64,000 nucleotides of DNA from Patescibacteria group bacterium (GTDB taxonomy: Bacteria > Patescibacteriota > Microgenomatia > UBA8517): the NCBI GenBank assembly GCA_041742135.1, contig JBGSJG010000001.1, forward strand, positions 67,151 to 131,150, given 5' to 3'. Each line of letters opens with the position of its first letter. Position 1 is the stretch's first letter. Positions 40,798 through 50,176 of this stretch are shown one piece after another. Both the position numbers and the translations under genes were made by a program. Below the pieces are notes generated by a model that was given only the letters and a program-made list of their open reading frames with translations, did no database searches and had not been told where the DNA came from.

Positions 40798-41248
40798 TTG
40801 CTACCTTTCTAACCACAACCTTTGCAGGCCGCACAATTTGCTCTCCCTGCTTCCAGCCTACCAAACTTACCTTCTCTATAGTATTATCCAAATCCTGCCC
40901 GGCTGTTTCAAGCACTTCGATCGCCTCCATGGTTAATTCATTAAAAATTTCATCTGATTTTGGCTCGATTTTCTCAAAGCCATCATCATATAAGACCTGC
41001 TCAAATTCTTTTATGACAATCGAAAGCCCACCATCTTTGAGGTGCTCTTGGGCCCCGTAAAGCATGTCTAAAATTGGCAAAAGCCTTTTGATAACCCTCT
41101 GGCTGGATATGAAATAAAGCTCCGAAGTCATCTTCTCAGTTCGCTTTTGCAAATTGTCATAATCAGCCAATGCACGAACCAATTGGCTTTTAAGAAGCTC
41201 GACTTCTGGATTAACTTGCGTGGGTTTGGATGCTTTGGTCTTAGGCAT
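40790..41248 (-). CDS. grpE: Nucleotide exchange factor GrpE
   Basis: RALADYDNLQKR, LLPILD, GW...VRPAKVVV. Confidence 0.95.
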   Translation of the reverse strand: MPKTKASKPTQVNPEVELLKSQLVRALADYDNLQKRTEKMTSELYFISSQRVIKRLLPILDMLYGAQEHLKDGGLSIVIKEFEQVLYDDGFEKIEPKSDEIFNELTMEAIEVLETAGQDLDNTIEKVSLVGWKQGEQIVRPAKVVVRKVAND

Positions 41249-41972
41249 TGGTTAATTGGCGAATAAGATCCCCATAATAACGAACTGTAGGGATAACTCT
41301 AGGATAATTCAAACCAAAAGGACCTACAACCCCGATTGCACCTTCTTGGTTGCCAATTCGAAAACGGCTTGCAACCATACCAATAGGCTCAAAGAAGTCC
41401 CAACCCAATTCCTCGCCAAACAAAACCTCAATCGGAGAAGCTCCGGTGAGCCTGCCAAACAGAAGCTCGCGCAGGCTTCGCTCGCCATCAAGAACGCCAA
41501 ACAAGCTTTGGCAAACCTGGAAGTTATAAAATTCCGGGCTGTTAAACAAATTAGCATGCCCCGCAACCCAATGATCGCCGTTATCTAAGGCCGAGACGGC
41601 CAAATACTGAGTTTGATCGGCCAAAGAATCAGTGGCGTCACGCATAAAACGGTCGATGTTGTCACGACTGTCCCACACTTCCTCTTTTGCATGAACTTCA
41701 TCGGTCACGCTAAGCCTTTTTTCATCCATAAGCTGGTTAATATAAAACTTCATAGCTTTAGGAGTTGGCACACGGCCTGCAGAAGTGTGAGGCTGTTTTA
41801 GGTACCCCTTAATAGTCAACAGCGCCATTTCGTTTCTAATAGTTGCAGGAGAAACACCAAGGCTATATTTGTTTTCCAGAGAAACCGAGCCCACAGGCTC
41901 AGCTGTCGTGATATATTCATCAATAATGGCCTTGAGTAAATGAGTCTGTCGAGACGACAAAGTATCTTCCAT
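41241..41972 (-). CDS. hrcA: Heat-inducible repressor HrcA, short form
   Basis: AEPVGS, SPATIRNEM, QPHTSAGRVPT, GAIGVVGP. Confidence 0.95.
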   Translation of the reverse strand: MEDTLSSRQTHLLKAIIDEYITTAEPVGSVSLENKYSLGVSPATIRNEMALLTIKGYLKQPHTSAGRVPTPKAMKFYINQLMDEKRLSVTDEVHAKEEVWDSRDNIDRFMRDATDSLADQTQYLAVSALDNGDHWVAGHANLFNSPEFYNFQVCQSLFGVLDGERSLRELLFGRLTGASPIEVLFGEELGWDFFEPIGMVASRFRIGNQEGAIGVVGPFGLNYPRVIPTVRYYGDLIRQLTNA

Positions 41973-42009
41973 TTAGCAGAATGCTAACACGAGTGATAAG
42001 AAGTGTCAA
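41973..42009 (-). promoter_or_regulatory. hrcA promoter with degenerate CIRCE, probably leaderless
   Basis: Plus strand TTAGCAGAA-N9-GAGTGATAA (41973-41999); minus strand TTGACA-17-TAGCAT-8 nt-ATG. Confidence 0.7.
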
Positions 42010-42884
42010 TCAATTTTAAGAGTAGCCCCGAGACGTGAATAAACGTTTTGGGTTACCACAGGCAAATTTACACTCGTCACACCCGTAACCACTGCATGTA
42101 CGCTTGCGTAGGCTTCGTATTCATCATAAGTTTTTCCCAAAAATGAATATGTAGCTGCCATACCAACTCCATTACAGAAAGCCTCCTGATACGGTCCGAG
42201 CTCACCATTCGGGAATAACGCCAAACGGTTCGGATCTGTATTAAATTGCCCCTGACAAATTTCTGTAAAAACTGAATTAACTAATAGAACCGAGGCCTGC
42301 TCGCGGGGACTTACGGCCGAAAAGCCGTACTCACGGGCATAAGTATCGCGGCCCCCGTCTTGCTGGAAACGCCGCAATGCCTCGCCTAATATTCCACCAA
42401 AATCGATAACTGTGCGGTGCGCGCTTTCGGGCATTATCCATGTAGTCGCATTATTATTCCAGTCGTATCTTCGTGCGTCCGGCATGTGATCAAGAACTAA
42501 AATTTCTTGCCCATTGGGCTCGGGATCGGTTCTTATCCAGCTTTGCCACCCTTGATTTTCCGGAAGACCGGTGGAGGCGTTTCTGGCTTCTTCCAAAAAC
42601 TCAAAGTACTCAGGACTCACGTTGATTTCTGGTAGGCGCGTATCTGATGGCCTTAGAATTTCTACCGCGGCTCCGTTAGGGTGAGTAAATATAGTCTCGC
42701 GAGTCGTGCCTTGAGTTAGAAATTCCCAATCCTGATAAGGTTTTAGCTCTTGGTCCTCTGCGTCGACTGTCGGGCTTCCCGCTGGAGGGGTATTTTCTAT
42801 TGAAGGACTACAAGACGTAGGCAAACCGACTGCAAAACTTAGCGCAACAGCCGTTGCATATCTGCGAAGTCGATCCTTGTTCAT
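42006..42884 (-). CDS. Putative secreted/lipoprotein hypothetical protein
   Basis: Basic N-terminus, hydrophobic stretch ending PTSC; TATAAT 7 nt before the ATG. Confidence 0.65.
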   Translation of the reverse strand: MNKDRLRRYATAVALSFAVGLPTSCSPSIENTPPAGSPTVDAEDQELKPYQDWEFLTQGTTRETIFTHPNGAAVEILRPSDTRLPEINVSPEYFEFLEEARNASTGLPENQGWQSWIRTDPEPNGQEILVLDHMPDARRYDWNNNATTWIMPESAHRTVIDFGGILGEALRRFQQDGGRDTYAREYGFSAVSPREQASVLLVNSVFTEICQGQFNTDPNRLALFPNGELGPYQEAFCNGVGMAATYSFLGKTYDEYEAYASVHAVVTGVTSVNLPVVTQNVYSRLGATLKID

Positions 42885-44172
42885 GGGAGATATTATACTC
42901 TCTTTCTAAATATCGTTTCAAATCAGCGCTGGCCTTTACTGAAAGCTCTTCTAGCGGGCTATTGTAACCATCTTCAACTGCTCTCCAATGCAAAAGATGA
43001 AAGTCAGTCCCTCTCTCGTCGTCTTCACGGATCCACTCATCCTCTGTGTCATACTCATAAGCAAAGGAATCGTCTGGGTGATAACCTGCGACTCTATCCA
43101 GCAGGTCTCTTGTGACACCCAAGTCCGAGAGTTGATCGTCGCCAATCTGATCTGCCCACTGCCTGATAAATCTTTCGCCCGTCGTCGAAACTAAAGGCCG
43201 AAGTTCCTTATGCTCATTCCCCAAATTCCGATATCCTTCATACCCATCAGTCCTTTCTATTTCTTCAGTAAGAGCTTTTAAGTGTGCCAGTTGCCTTATT
43301 TCCAACGCGAAATCGCGACATGATTCTCGAAATGCTCGCCCTGCCTCTGTGTCTTCCATGTCGCTGCGATCACCCCGAAGGCGCTCAAATTCTCCTAGGC
43401 CCATTTCGGAAAGATTTAAGCCATGCACTCTACCACGCCGATCTTCTTCTGCTCGACGAAGCGAAACACTTCTTTCTACAAACTCTGGCTCGCTTTTCCG
43501 TGTTACCTGCACTACCGTCTTCCTGATTTGTTTTTCAACATCCTCATCACTTATACCAGTTAGATCAGTCATGAAATTGTTCAACCTTTTGACCTCACTA
43601 GGATCTGCTTTTAGTAGAGATTTTGGAGAGATGTACCTCAGATCAAACTCCCTTCCTTCCTGAGGGTCTAATTTGCACCCCTCATCCTTGAGACGATGGA
43701 CAGTATTTTGAAAAGCCTCACGGTCGGTGTACGTTGCCATATAATTGCTAGATTTATCCTTGTACTCACCTCTGAGAAAACTAGCCATAGACTGAGCGGC
43801 ATTAACAATTCTTTGTCTTCCAACTTTTTGCATTAAAGCCTTTACAGCCTTAGGACCTTCAAGATGAGCTTCGACAAATCTAAGGTAGTTGGCGCCACCT
43901 CCTAATCTACTTTTTCTTTCTGCTTCATCTGCCTCAATCTCTACCACATCAACACCCAATCGCGGAGATTCACCATGAAGAATTAGTTGAGCTTCTATAA
44001 AACCTTCAGCTTGTACATGACGATTATCATTAGATCCTAGGCAGTCCATTATCTCACTAGCCTTTGCCTGACGCCCTTGCCTCTCAGTTCTCACAATATT
44101 CCCAAGATTATCATTCGCAAGACGATACTCAGCCAATTCCTGCTCAGTTGTCATGGGTGAATCCTCAGTCAT
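42808..44172 (-). CDS. Hypothetical charged protein
   Basis: 454-aa ORF; 3' end overlaps the next gene by 77 nt. Confidence 0.7.
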   Translation of the reverse strand: MTEDSPMTTEQELAEYRLANDNLGNIVRTERQGRQAKASEIMDCLGSNDNRHVQAEGFIEAQLILHGESPRLGVDVVEIEADEAERKSRLGGGANYLRFVEAHLEGPKAVKALMQKVGRQRIVNAAQSMASFLRGEYKDKSSNYMATYTDREAFQNTVHRLKDEGCKLDPQEGREFDLRYISPKSLLKADPSEVKRLNNFMTDLTGISDEDVEKQIRKTVVQVTRKSEPEFVERSVSLRRAEEDRRGRVHGLNLSEMGLGEFERLRGDRSDMEDTEAGRAFRESCRDFALEIRQLAHLKALTEEIERTDGYEGYRNLGNEHKELRPLVSTTGERFIRQWADQIGDDQLSDLGVTRDLLDRVAGYHPDDSFAYEYDTEDEWIREDDERGTDFHLLHWRAVEDGYNSPLEELSVKASADLKRYLEREYNISHEQGSTSQICNGCCAKFCSRFAYVL

Positions 44173-44319
44173 AAATTAATTATAAATTGGCAAGGTTTAC
44201 TTAGCAAATTATTTTGCCCTATCAAGATCTAGTACTAGTCGGCGTGAATGACGGAGGCAAACCAATCATCACACTCTTGGAGGAAAATTCACCGCAGGAT
44301 GATATTTTAGAGGTACTTT

Positions 44320-46005
44320 CTAAACCCCAGTCTGAGTAATTGCCTCTTCCTCTTTTCTGGGTATCCCAAAACCTTTTTTCTTGACCAGTGCAATAAAGTC
44401 ATTTAGCTCCGCAGAGCGAAGGAGAAAACTTACTAGTAAATACGTAAGGCCTCCGATGACTGCCGTCACGCCAGTTAAAAACATAAGATTAAATGTATAG
44501 CGAGTGTCTATCACAAAATGCTCAAAGTTTAGCCCTTGAATATTGCCCACAAAAGACAGCTCCTTTACCCACACTGAGCGGTCAAAAAATCTAATTATCA
44601 CAAACATCACACTTCCTGAAACAAACGAAGCTATGAAAGATTTGATTATGGGAACAATCGCAAAGAGAGTTCCACCGTTTAGCTCACGACTTAAGATGTA
44701 ATACATAGTGACTGCTTGGAAAATAATTCCGATGGTATATGCCGCCGCCAGTGACCAAGTGGGAAGATTCAGAAAAACGATAAAAATTACGCTCAGAATA
44801 GTACTTATAACAACACCCACTATGGACATTTTGACTGGTGTTGTGGTGTTGTGGCGTGCATAAAAAGCTCGAGACAAAAGAGCGGCAGCTGATTGAAAAG
44901 GAATACTCACGGCAAAAACCGATAAAACCAAACCCGTCTGAACAGTCGCTTCCCAGTCAAAGCGATCAGTTCCAAACAAAAGTCTCACAATGGGAATTCG
45001 AAGAACGATAAGAGTCGCTGCGACGGGAGTGACCAAAAAACTGATCTGATACAGGGTTTTTAGAAATGCTTTTTTAAACGCGTGGCGATCTTCGTCGATA
45101 TTTGAAAGCGTCGGTAAAGCCGCCTTGGCCAGAGAAACTCCAAACAGCGTTACCGGCATAATTCGGACTGCATCAGCCAAACTGTAATAAGTAAGGGCTG
45201 CAGAAGCAATCAAAGACGTAAAAAACAAGTCAGTAACACGGGTGATTTGTAAAAACCCAAGCTCGAGAACTCTCGGAGCTGCAAGTCGTGCGATTTTTTT
45301 AACTTCATCGGTCAGCTTTAGCGACCACATGAACCTAAAGCCAAGCCTCCGGGCTGTTGGAAACTGGACAGCAAAGTGTAAAAACGCCCCAAACACAGCG
45401 CCCAAGGCCGGCGCCATAAGGCCCAGATCATCCGCAAAGATTATCGTAAACACAATAATCCCGACGTTGTAGAAAATTGGCGCCATTGCTGAGACAAAAA
45501 AGTGCCTCAAAGATTCCAAGATGCCAGTTAAGACATAACTTACGATGAAAAAGCCCTGAGCAATTAAAAGTACGCGAGCCAAAGAAGCAATTGTCTGATG
45601 CTCGGCATCTGTATATCCCGGAGCAAAAATTGAGTATATCGGAGCGGCAAAGACGGCAAAAACGCAAGCAAAAACAATAAATCCCACAAGTGCAAGGTTT
45701 ATTATCCGCGCAGCCGTCTCGAAAGCAATATGCTTATCCTTTGCGTGAACCTTTGTAAAAACAGGAATAAAAGCCGAGGAAAAAATACCAAAAGCCAAAA
45801 GCTGAAACACCAAGTCGGGAAGCCTGAAGGATGCAAAGAAAAGCGAAAGTTCTTCCGGATCAAAAAAGTGCAAAAACAAGCGCTGGCGGACCAAACCCAA
45901 AACAGAGCTAAACATAACCATCGCCATAATCACAAAGGCTGCAGCCAAAATTGAATTTTGGGGACCGTTTAGAAAGTTTTTACCAGAGAGTAACAAGCGC
46001 TTCAT
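44320..46005 (-). CDS. murJ: Lipid II flippase MurJ (MviN)
   Basis: LGLVRQ, ASFRLPD, SSAFIPVF, AALPTLS, RAFYARHNTTTPV; many TMs. Confidence 0.95.
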   Translation of the reverse strand: MKRLLLSGKNFLNGPQNSILAAAFVIMAMVMFSSVLGLVRQRLFLHFFDPEELSLFFASFRLPDLVFQLLAFGIFSSAFIPVFTKVHAKDKHIAFETAARIINLALVGFIVFACVFAVFAAPIYSIFAPGYTDAEHQTIASLARVLLIAQGFFIVSYVLTGILESLRHFFVSAMAPIFYNVGIIVFTIIFADDLGLMAPALGAVFGAFLHFAVQFPTARRLGFRFMWSLKLTDEVKKIARLAAPRVLELGFLQITRVTDLFFTSLIASAALTYYSLADAVRIMPVTLFGVSLAKAALPTLSNIDEDRHAFKKAFLKTLYQISFLVTPVAATLIVLRIPIVRLLFGTDRFDWEATVQTGLVLSVFAVSIPFQSAAALLSRAFYARHNTTTPVKMSIVGVVISTILSVIFIVFLNLPTWSLAAAYTIGIIFQAVTMYYILSRELNGGTLFAIVPIIKSFIASFVSGSVMFVIIRFFDRSVWVKELSFVGNIQGLNFEHFVIDTRYTFNLMFLTGVTAVIGGLTYLLVSFLLRSAELNDFIALVKKKGFGIPRKEEEAITQTGV

Positions 46006-46054
46006 TGTTTGATATTTTAACTCACTTCAAGTATACTCGTAAGAAGCTAAATTT

Positions 46055-46282
46055 ATGCCAGTAACAAAAACAGCCAAAAGAGCACTTAGAGGATCGCGCC
46101 GAAAGGAAGCCAAAAACTCGATGATTAAAAAGAGTTTAGAGATAGCGCTTCGCATGGCCCGAAGAACCAAAAAAGAAGCAGACGTCAAAAAAGCAGTTTC
46201 TTTGGCTGATATGGCATCTAAAAAAGACGTAATCCACAAGAACCGAGCCTCGCGAATTAAAAGCTCCCTCTCCAAAATCTAG
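46055..46282 (+). CDS. rpsT: 30S ribosomal protein S20
   Basis: MPVTKTAKRALR, VIHKNRASRIKS. Confidence 0.95.
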   Translation: MPVTKTAKRALRGSRRKEAKNSMIKKSLEIALRMARRTKKEADVKKAVSLADMASKKDVIHKNRASRIKSSLSKI

Positions 46283-46320
46283 CTTCCACCACCCTCTCAT
46301 CTTTGCTATAGTGAATTAAC

Positions 46321-46869
46321 ATGGCGCGTGCGAAAGCCAGTATTAATTTGTTGCCTAGAGAAGATTTCGAAAGAACTATTCTTGGCCGCATCATGAAGTG
46401 GGCCTTAACCTCATTTCGTTTCATTGTAATTGCCGTCGAGTTTGTGGTGATTGCAGGTTTTATGCTCCGTTTTTGGCTCGATGTTCAAATCAGCGACTTG
46501 GACGATGAGATTAACCAAAAAGCCGCCCTTGTGTCTTCACGTTCAAGTTTTGAACAAGAATTCCGAAGCACCCAAGACAAACTTGCCGTACACAAACAAT
46601 TGACCGACAAAGCAAACCAACCAAGCGTTTACTTTGAAGAGGTGTCTCGCAATCTTCCTAGTGACACACAGCTTATTTCTTTTGCAAAAAGTGCTGATTC
46701 GCTGGAGATTATTGGTGCAACTTTAAACGAAGCTTCGATCACGGGATTTGTCAAAAATCTTGAGACCAATCCTCGTTTTACTTCCGTAAACTTGTCCTCA
46801 ATATCTACTCGCGACGACAGCCCTTTAGTTGAGTTTGTACTAAAAATATCGACAATAAATACAATTTAA
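46321..46869 (+). CDS. PilN-like pilus alignment protein
   Basis: INLLP motif, TM, coiled coil, LP..TQL.S...LEIIG....ITGFVKNLE.NPRF. Confidence 0.85.
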   Translation: MARAKASINLLPREDFERTILGRIMKWALTSFRFIVIAVEFVVIAGFMLRFWLDVQISDLDDEINQKAALVSSRSSFEQEFRSTQDKLAVHKQLTDKANQPSVYFEEVSRNLPSDTQLISFAKSADSLEIIGATLNEASITGFVKNLETNPRFTSVNLSSISTRDDSPLVEFVLKISTINTI

Positions 46870-46870
46870 T

Positions 46871-47551
46871 ATGGCAAATCGTTGGCAAGAAAATTATCAG
46901 CTTTATAAAAGATATCTGCGAAGCTTGGCTGCAATGTACCAAAAGCGCCAAGATGTACATCTGTTTGTCGAACTTTTACTTTCACTGTCGGTGATTGCCA
47001 TTTTTGGAGCATTTGCAATCAAGCCTACTTTAGTAACAATTTCCGACCTAAACAACCAAATTGCAGGAAAGAAAGAAACGGTTGCCCAGCTTGACGCCAA
47101 GATCCAAGCTCTCTCGGAAGCCCAAAACGTGTACCAGGAAAATTTGAGCGCAATTTTGCTTCTTAATAGTTCAGTCCCTCAAAATCCTGAGCCAGAAAAA
47201 TTTATTAGACAGGTCGAAGGCTTGGCCAAGCGCAATTCCGTATTAATTTCCAGTCTTGATACCTCAAATTTGAAATTAACCTCGCATGAAATACTCACAG
47301 AAGAAGTGGACCAGTCACCCAGCGCCGAGGGTGCAGCTGTCGATTATTTTCCTGCCGCCGCCGCAAGTTTTGAGCTTGAAACAAATTTCAACGGCGTTTA
47401 CGATCAATTAATCGCCTTTTTGCGTGAATTCGAAAATCTTCGAAGGCCGATGTATATCGACACTATAACTTTTCGTTCTTCCTCTGAAGAGCTAAGCCGC
47501 GAAATTGCTTTATCTATCATGGGCAGGCTGTCTTATCTACCAAATGAGTAA
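46871..47551 (+). CDS. PilO-like protein
   Basis: TM + IKPT, coiled coil, VPQNPE..FIRQVE, G.YDQL..FL...ENLRRP. Confidence 0.8.
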   Translation: MANRWQENYQLYKRYLRSLAAMYQKRQDVHLFVELLLSLSVIAIFGAFAIKPTLVTISDLNNQIAGKKETVAQLDAKIQALSEAQNVYQENLSAILLLNSSVPQNPEPEKFIRQVEGLAKRNSVLISSLDTSNLKLTSHEILTEEVDQSPSAEGAAVDYFPAAAASFELETNFNGVYDQLIAFLREFENLRRPMYIDTITFRSSSEELSREIALSIMGRLSYLPNE

Positions 47552-47918
47552 AAGAGAAAAAACACCACCAGTTGTAATTTTTGCAATTTTGTCAGTGATT
47601 ACTGTTTTTGTTTGGGTAGGTTTTGAAACCTACAGAGCATTCACCAAAGACCCAACACCAACTGTGCCTTTAGAAGTAACCCGCGCTTTAGACCCAACTC
47701 TTGATGAAGAGCAACTGGCAGATGTGGTCAGACGGATCAATCTGACAGAAGACGAAATCGGAGACACCACACTAGTGCAACCAGAAACTCCAGAACCAAC
47801 TGAAACGCCAGCACTAACCCAGACAGAAGAACCAGTTGAAACAACTGAGACCGCACTTGAATCAGGTGGTGATGAACAAGCTATACTGGAAGAACTAGAT
47901 CAACTATTGGAAGAATAA
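47544..47918 (+). CDS. Single-TM protein in the PilP position with acidic Pro/Thr tail
   Basis: Start overlaps the end of the pilO-like gene; TM followed by LDPTLD. Confidence 0.65.
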   Translation: MSKREKTPPVVIFAILSVITVFVWVGFETYRAFTKDPTPTVPLEVTRALDPTLDEEQLADVVRRINLTEDEIGDTTLVQPETPEPTETPALTQTEEPVETTETALESGGDEQAILEELDQLLEE

Positions 47919-47919
47919 C

Positions 47920-49344
47920 ATGCAAAACAAATTGAAAATTCCGTCACTTCTTGGGGTGTTTGTCTTAGTTCTTGGACTTGCCGTGGGAGTTGCCCTCATA
48001 GGCCAAAGACAGATATTTCGCCTTGGAGCATCCGCAGACTCAGCTCCACAGGATGTCAGGATTTCCAATGTTACCGACTCTTCTTTTACGGTTTCTTGGT
48101 ACAGTACTAAACCAACTGTTGGATATATCAGTTGGGGTAGCACAACAGCTTTAGGGCAAAGCTCTGAGGTGTCTGGCCTTGATACTAAAACCGTTCACTC
48201 TGTCACTGTAGACGAACTTTCGGCGAGTACAAATTACTACTTTGTAATCAACTCCGGCGGTGTTGAGTTTGATAATAATGGCATAGCCTGGTCGGTTGCC
48301 ACAGGGCCTACTTTGTCTGTAAACGCGACAGCGCTTTTGGCATCAGGAACAATTCGTGCAGCAGACGGCTCCCCGGCAAGCGACGTGTTGGTCTATATAA
48401 ACGGGGGCGGATTAGCTCAAGTTTCTGGCGTAACCTCACAAAATGGTACCTGGACAATACCGCTGTCATCTGCCCGAAGCAGAACACTTTCTGCGTATGC
48501 AAACTTAACAGCCAACGACATCCTTGACGTGTACGTACAAGCAGGAGGTTTAGGAGTAGCTACCGCGCAAGTTCTGGTCTCTCAAACAAATCCTACTCCC
48601 GAAATAGTTTTAGGGCAGTCGTACGATTTTAGAAATGACCAGACAATAGACTCAGGAGGCTTACCAGAAGCAGATTTATCTTTGCCTGAAAACGAAGAAG
48701 AATTGGGGCCCGGTGGGCTTGATCTTTCAAGCCAAGAGACCGGGTCTTCATCGGAACGTCCTGTAACTATCGAAAGCATTGATGAGGCAGAAGAAATTGT
48801 TTATACCGACACACCAGAGTTTTTTGGCGAAGGCCCCGCTGGGTCTGTCATCACGATTACTGTTGAGTCGGATCCTGTTACTGATGAGGTGAGGGTCACT
48901 AACGGAGGTGAGTGGAGTTGGAGCCCACCCACTTCACTTCCAGATGGCGAACACACTATAACCATAAGCTGGATTGATGCTTCTGGATTTTTAAGAAAAA
49001 TTACTCGTTCGTTTGTTGTTGCAGCAGCAGAGGATGAACCCGGGTTTGAATCCACTCCGTCTGGGGCTACGTCTACCCCCAAGCCAACAGCGTCACCGAC
49101 GCCCACGCCCACAGCTACACCAAAAGCAACTAAGTCACCCACGCCCTCCCCAACACCGACTGCAACGATTAAGCCAACTGTAACCCCGAGCGCCACTCCC
49201 GCCCCGACACGCATAAGCATTCCTTCAACAGAATCTGGAGTGCCAGAAGCAGGTGTCGCAACCCCCACTCTTCTTTTGGCATTTGTTGGACTAGCTCTAT
49301 TTATCTCTGGTATATTTATTAGTAGAAAATCATTTAACTCATGA
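47920..49344 (+). CDS. Surface protein with FN3 and Ig-like domains, PT linker and sortase signal (VPEAG)
   Basis: PQDVRISNVTDSSFTVSW...L..STNYYF (FN3); TPEFFG..PAGS...W.W.P...L.DGEH (Ig-like); (PT)n; VPEAG-TM-RK. Confidence 0.85.
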   Translation: MQNKLKIPSLLGVFVLVLGLAVGVALIGQRQIFRLGASADSAPQDVRISNVTDSSFTVSWYSTKPTVGYISWGSTTALGQSSEVSGLDTKTVHSVTVDELSASTNYYFVINSGGVEFDNNGIAWSVATGPTLSVNATALLASGTIRAADGSPASDVLVYINGGGLAQVSGVTSQNGTWTIPLSSARSRTLSAYANLTANDILDVYVQAGGLGVATAQVLVSQTNPTPEIVLGQSYDFRNDQTIDSGGLPEADLSLPENEEELGPGGLDLSSQETGSSSERPVTIESIDEAEEIVYTDTPEFFGEGPAGSVITITVESDPVTDEVRVTNGGEWSWSPPTSLPDGEHTITISWIDASGFLRKITRSFVVAAAEDEPGFESTPSGATSTPKPTASPTPTPTATPKATKSPTPSPTPTATIKPTVTPSATPAPTRISIPSTESGVPEAGVATPTLLLAFVGLALFISGIFISRKSFNS

Positions 49345-50171
49345 ACCCACCTGCTCAAAATTTTGATCCGCCTGTAGCTTTCCCTCAAGTTGAGTCTTTT
49401 CCAAATCCTGACATGGGGACACTGCCACCAGCCCCTACAGCCGTAACTCCAACAGATGTACCTCCAACCATCATTACTTCAACAGCTGATTCAGGGTCTC
49501 CCAAAAAGAAATTTCCTAAACAGATCGCAGCAGTACTGGGCATAGTTGTGTTGCTACTTGGTGTTGTTGCTGGAGTCGTCTTAGTCCGCAGTCAACAATT
49601 AAATAATGCTTCTGCTTGGGAGTGCTCACTGTATACTTTTGGTTTGGGCCAAGACGGCTCAGTCACGGTTCAAAATGGTTCAAGTACCAATCAACCTCAG
49701 CAAGAAGCTCAAGTCTATATAAACGACATATTAATCGAGAGATTCACAGTTCCCGCTCTTAACGCTGGAGCAGGAACAACACTGGGAAGCGTTAGTGTAC
49801 CGCAAGACGAGCCTTATACTTGGAAAATTCAAGGAACACTTGATTGCCAAAACGTTGGAAGCGTAGGTGGAAACTCTGACTCGGCAATTTGTTTAAATGT
49901 TGTGGCCTACGACACACAGTGGAACGTATTAAGCGCATCTGAGCTTTCAGAACTTAACGAAGGTGATACAGTGAGATTTGCAGTTTCCGGCACTGCTACA
50001 ACGGGAACCATCGACAGTGCTAGGTTTAGAATTAATAGCGGCACCCCAGTTGAAACAACAGAAAAAAAGCCGGGTAGCGAAGAGTTTTTTGTGGAGTACG
50101 AAATTCCTGCAAGCACCCAAAGCTTTAGCATTAGTGCCCAGTTGCATCACAATACGGCTGGTTGGTTTTAA
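49341..50171 (+). CDS. 'A-type' membrane-anchored protein 1 with conserved C-terminal domain ending GWF
   Basis: Pro-rich N-terminus, KKK-TM; C-terminal ~95 aa closely similar to 51127..52299. Confidence 0.8.
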   Translation: MNPPAQNFDPPVAFPQVESFPNPDMGTLPPAPTAVTPTDVPPTIITSTADSGSPKKKFPKQIAAVLGIVVLLLGVVAGVVLVRSQQLNNASAWECSLYTFGLGQDGSVTVQNGSSTNQPQQEAQVYINDILIERFTVPALNAGAGTTLGSVSVPQDEPYTWKIQGTLDCQNVGSVGGNSDSAICLNVVAYDTQWNVLSASELSELNEGDTVRFAVSGTATTGTIDSARFRINSGTPVETTEKKPGSEEFFVEYEIPASTQSFSISAQLHHNTAGWF

Positions 50172-50176
50172 GACAT

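Noticed and set aside
42808-42884. Cys-rich tail (CNGCCAKFC) of the 454-aa protein as a metal site
   Set aside because: It lies in the overlap with the next gene's signal-peptide codons, so it is likely incidental.
48801-49388. 195-aa antisense ORF with VG/VA repeats
   Set aside because: Mirror of the Pro/Thr linker codons on the coding strand.
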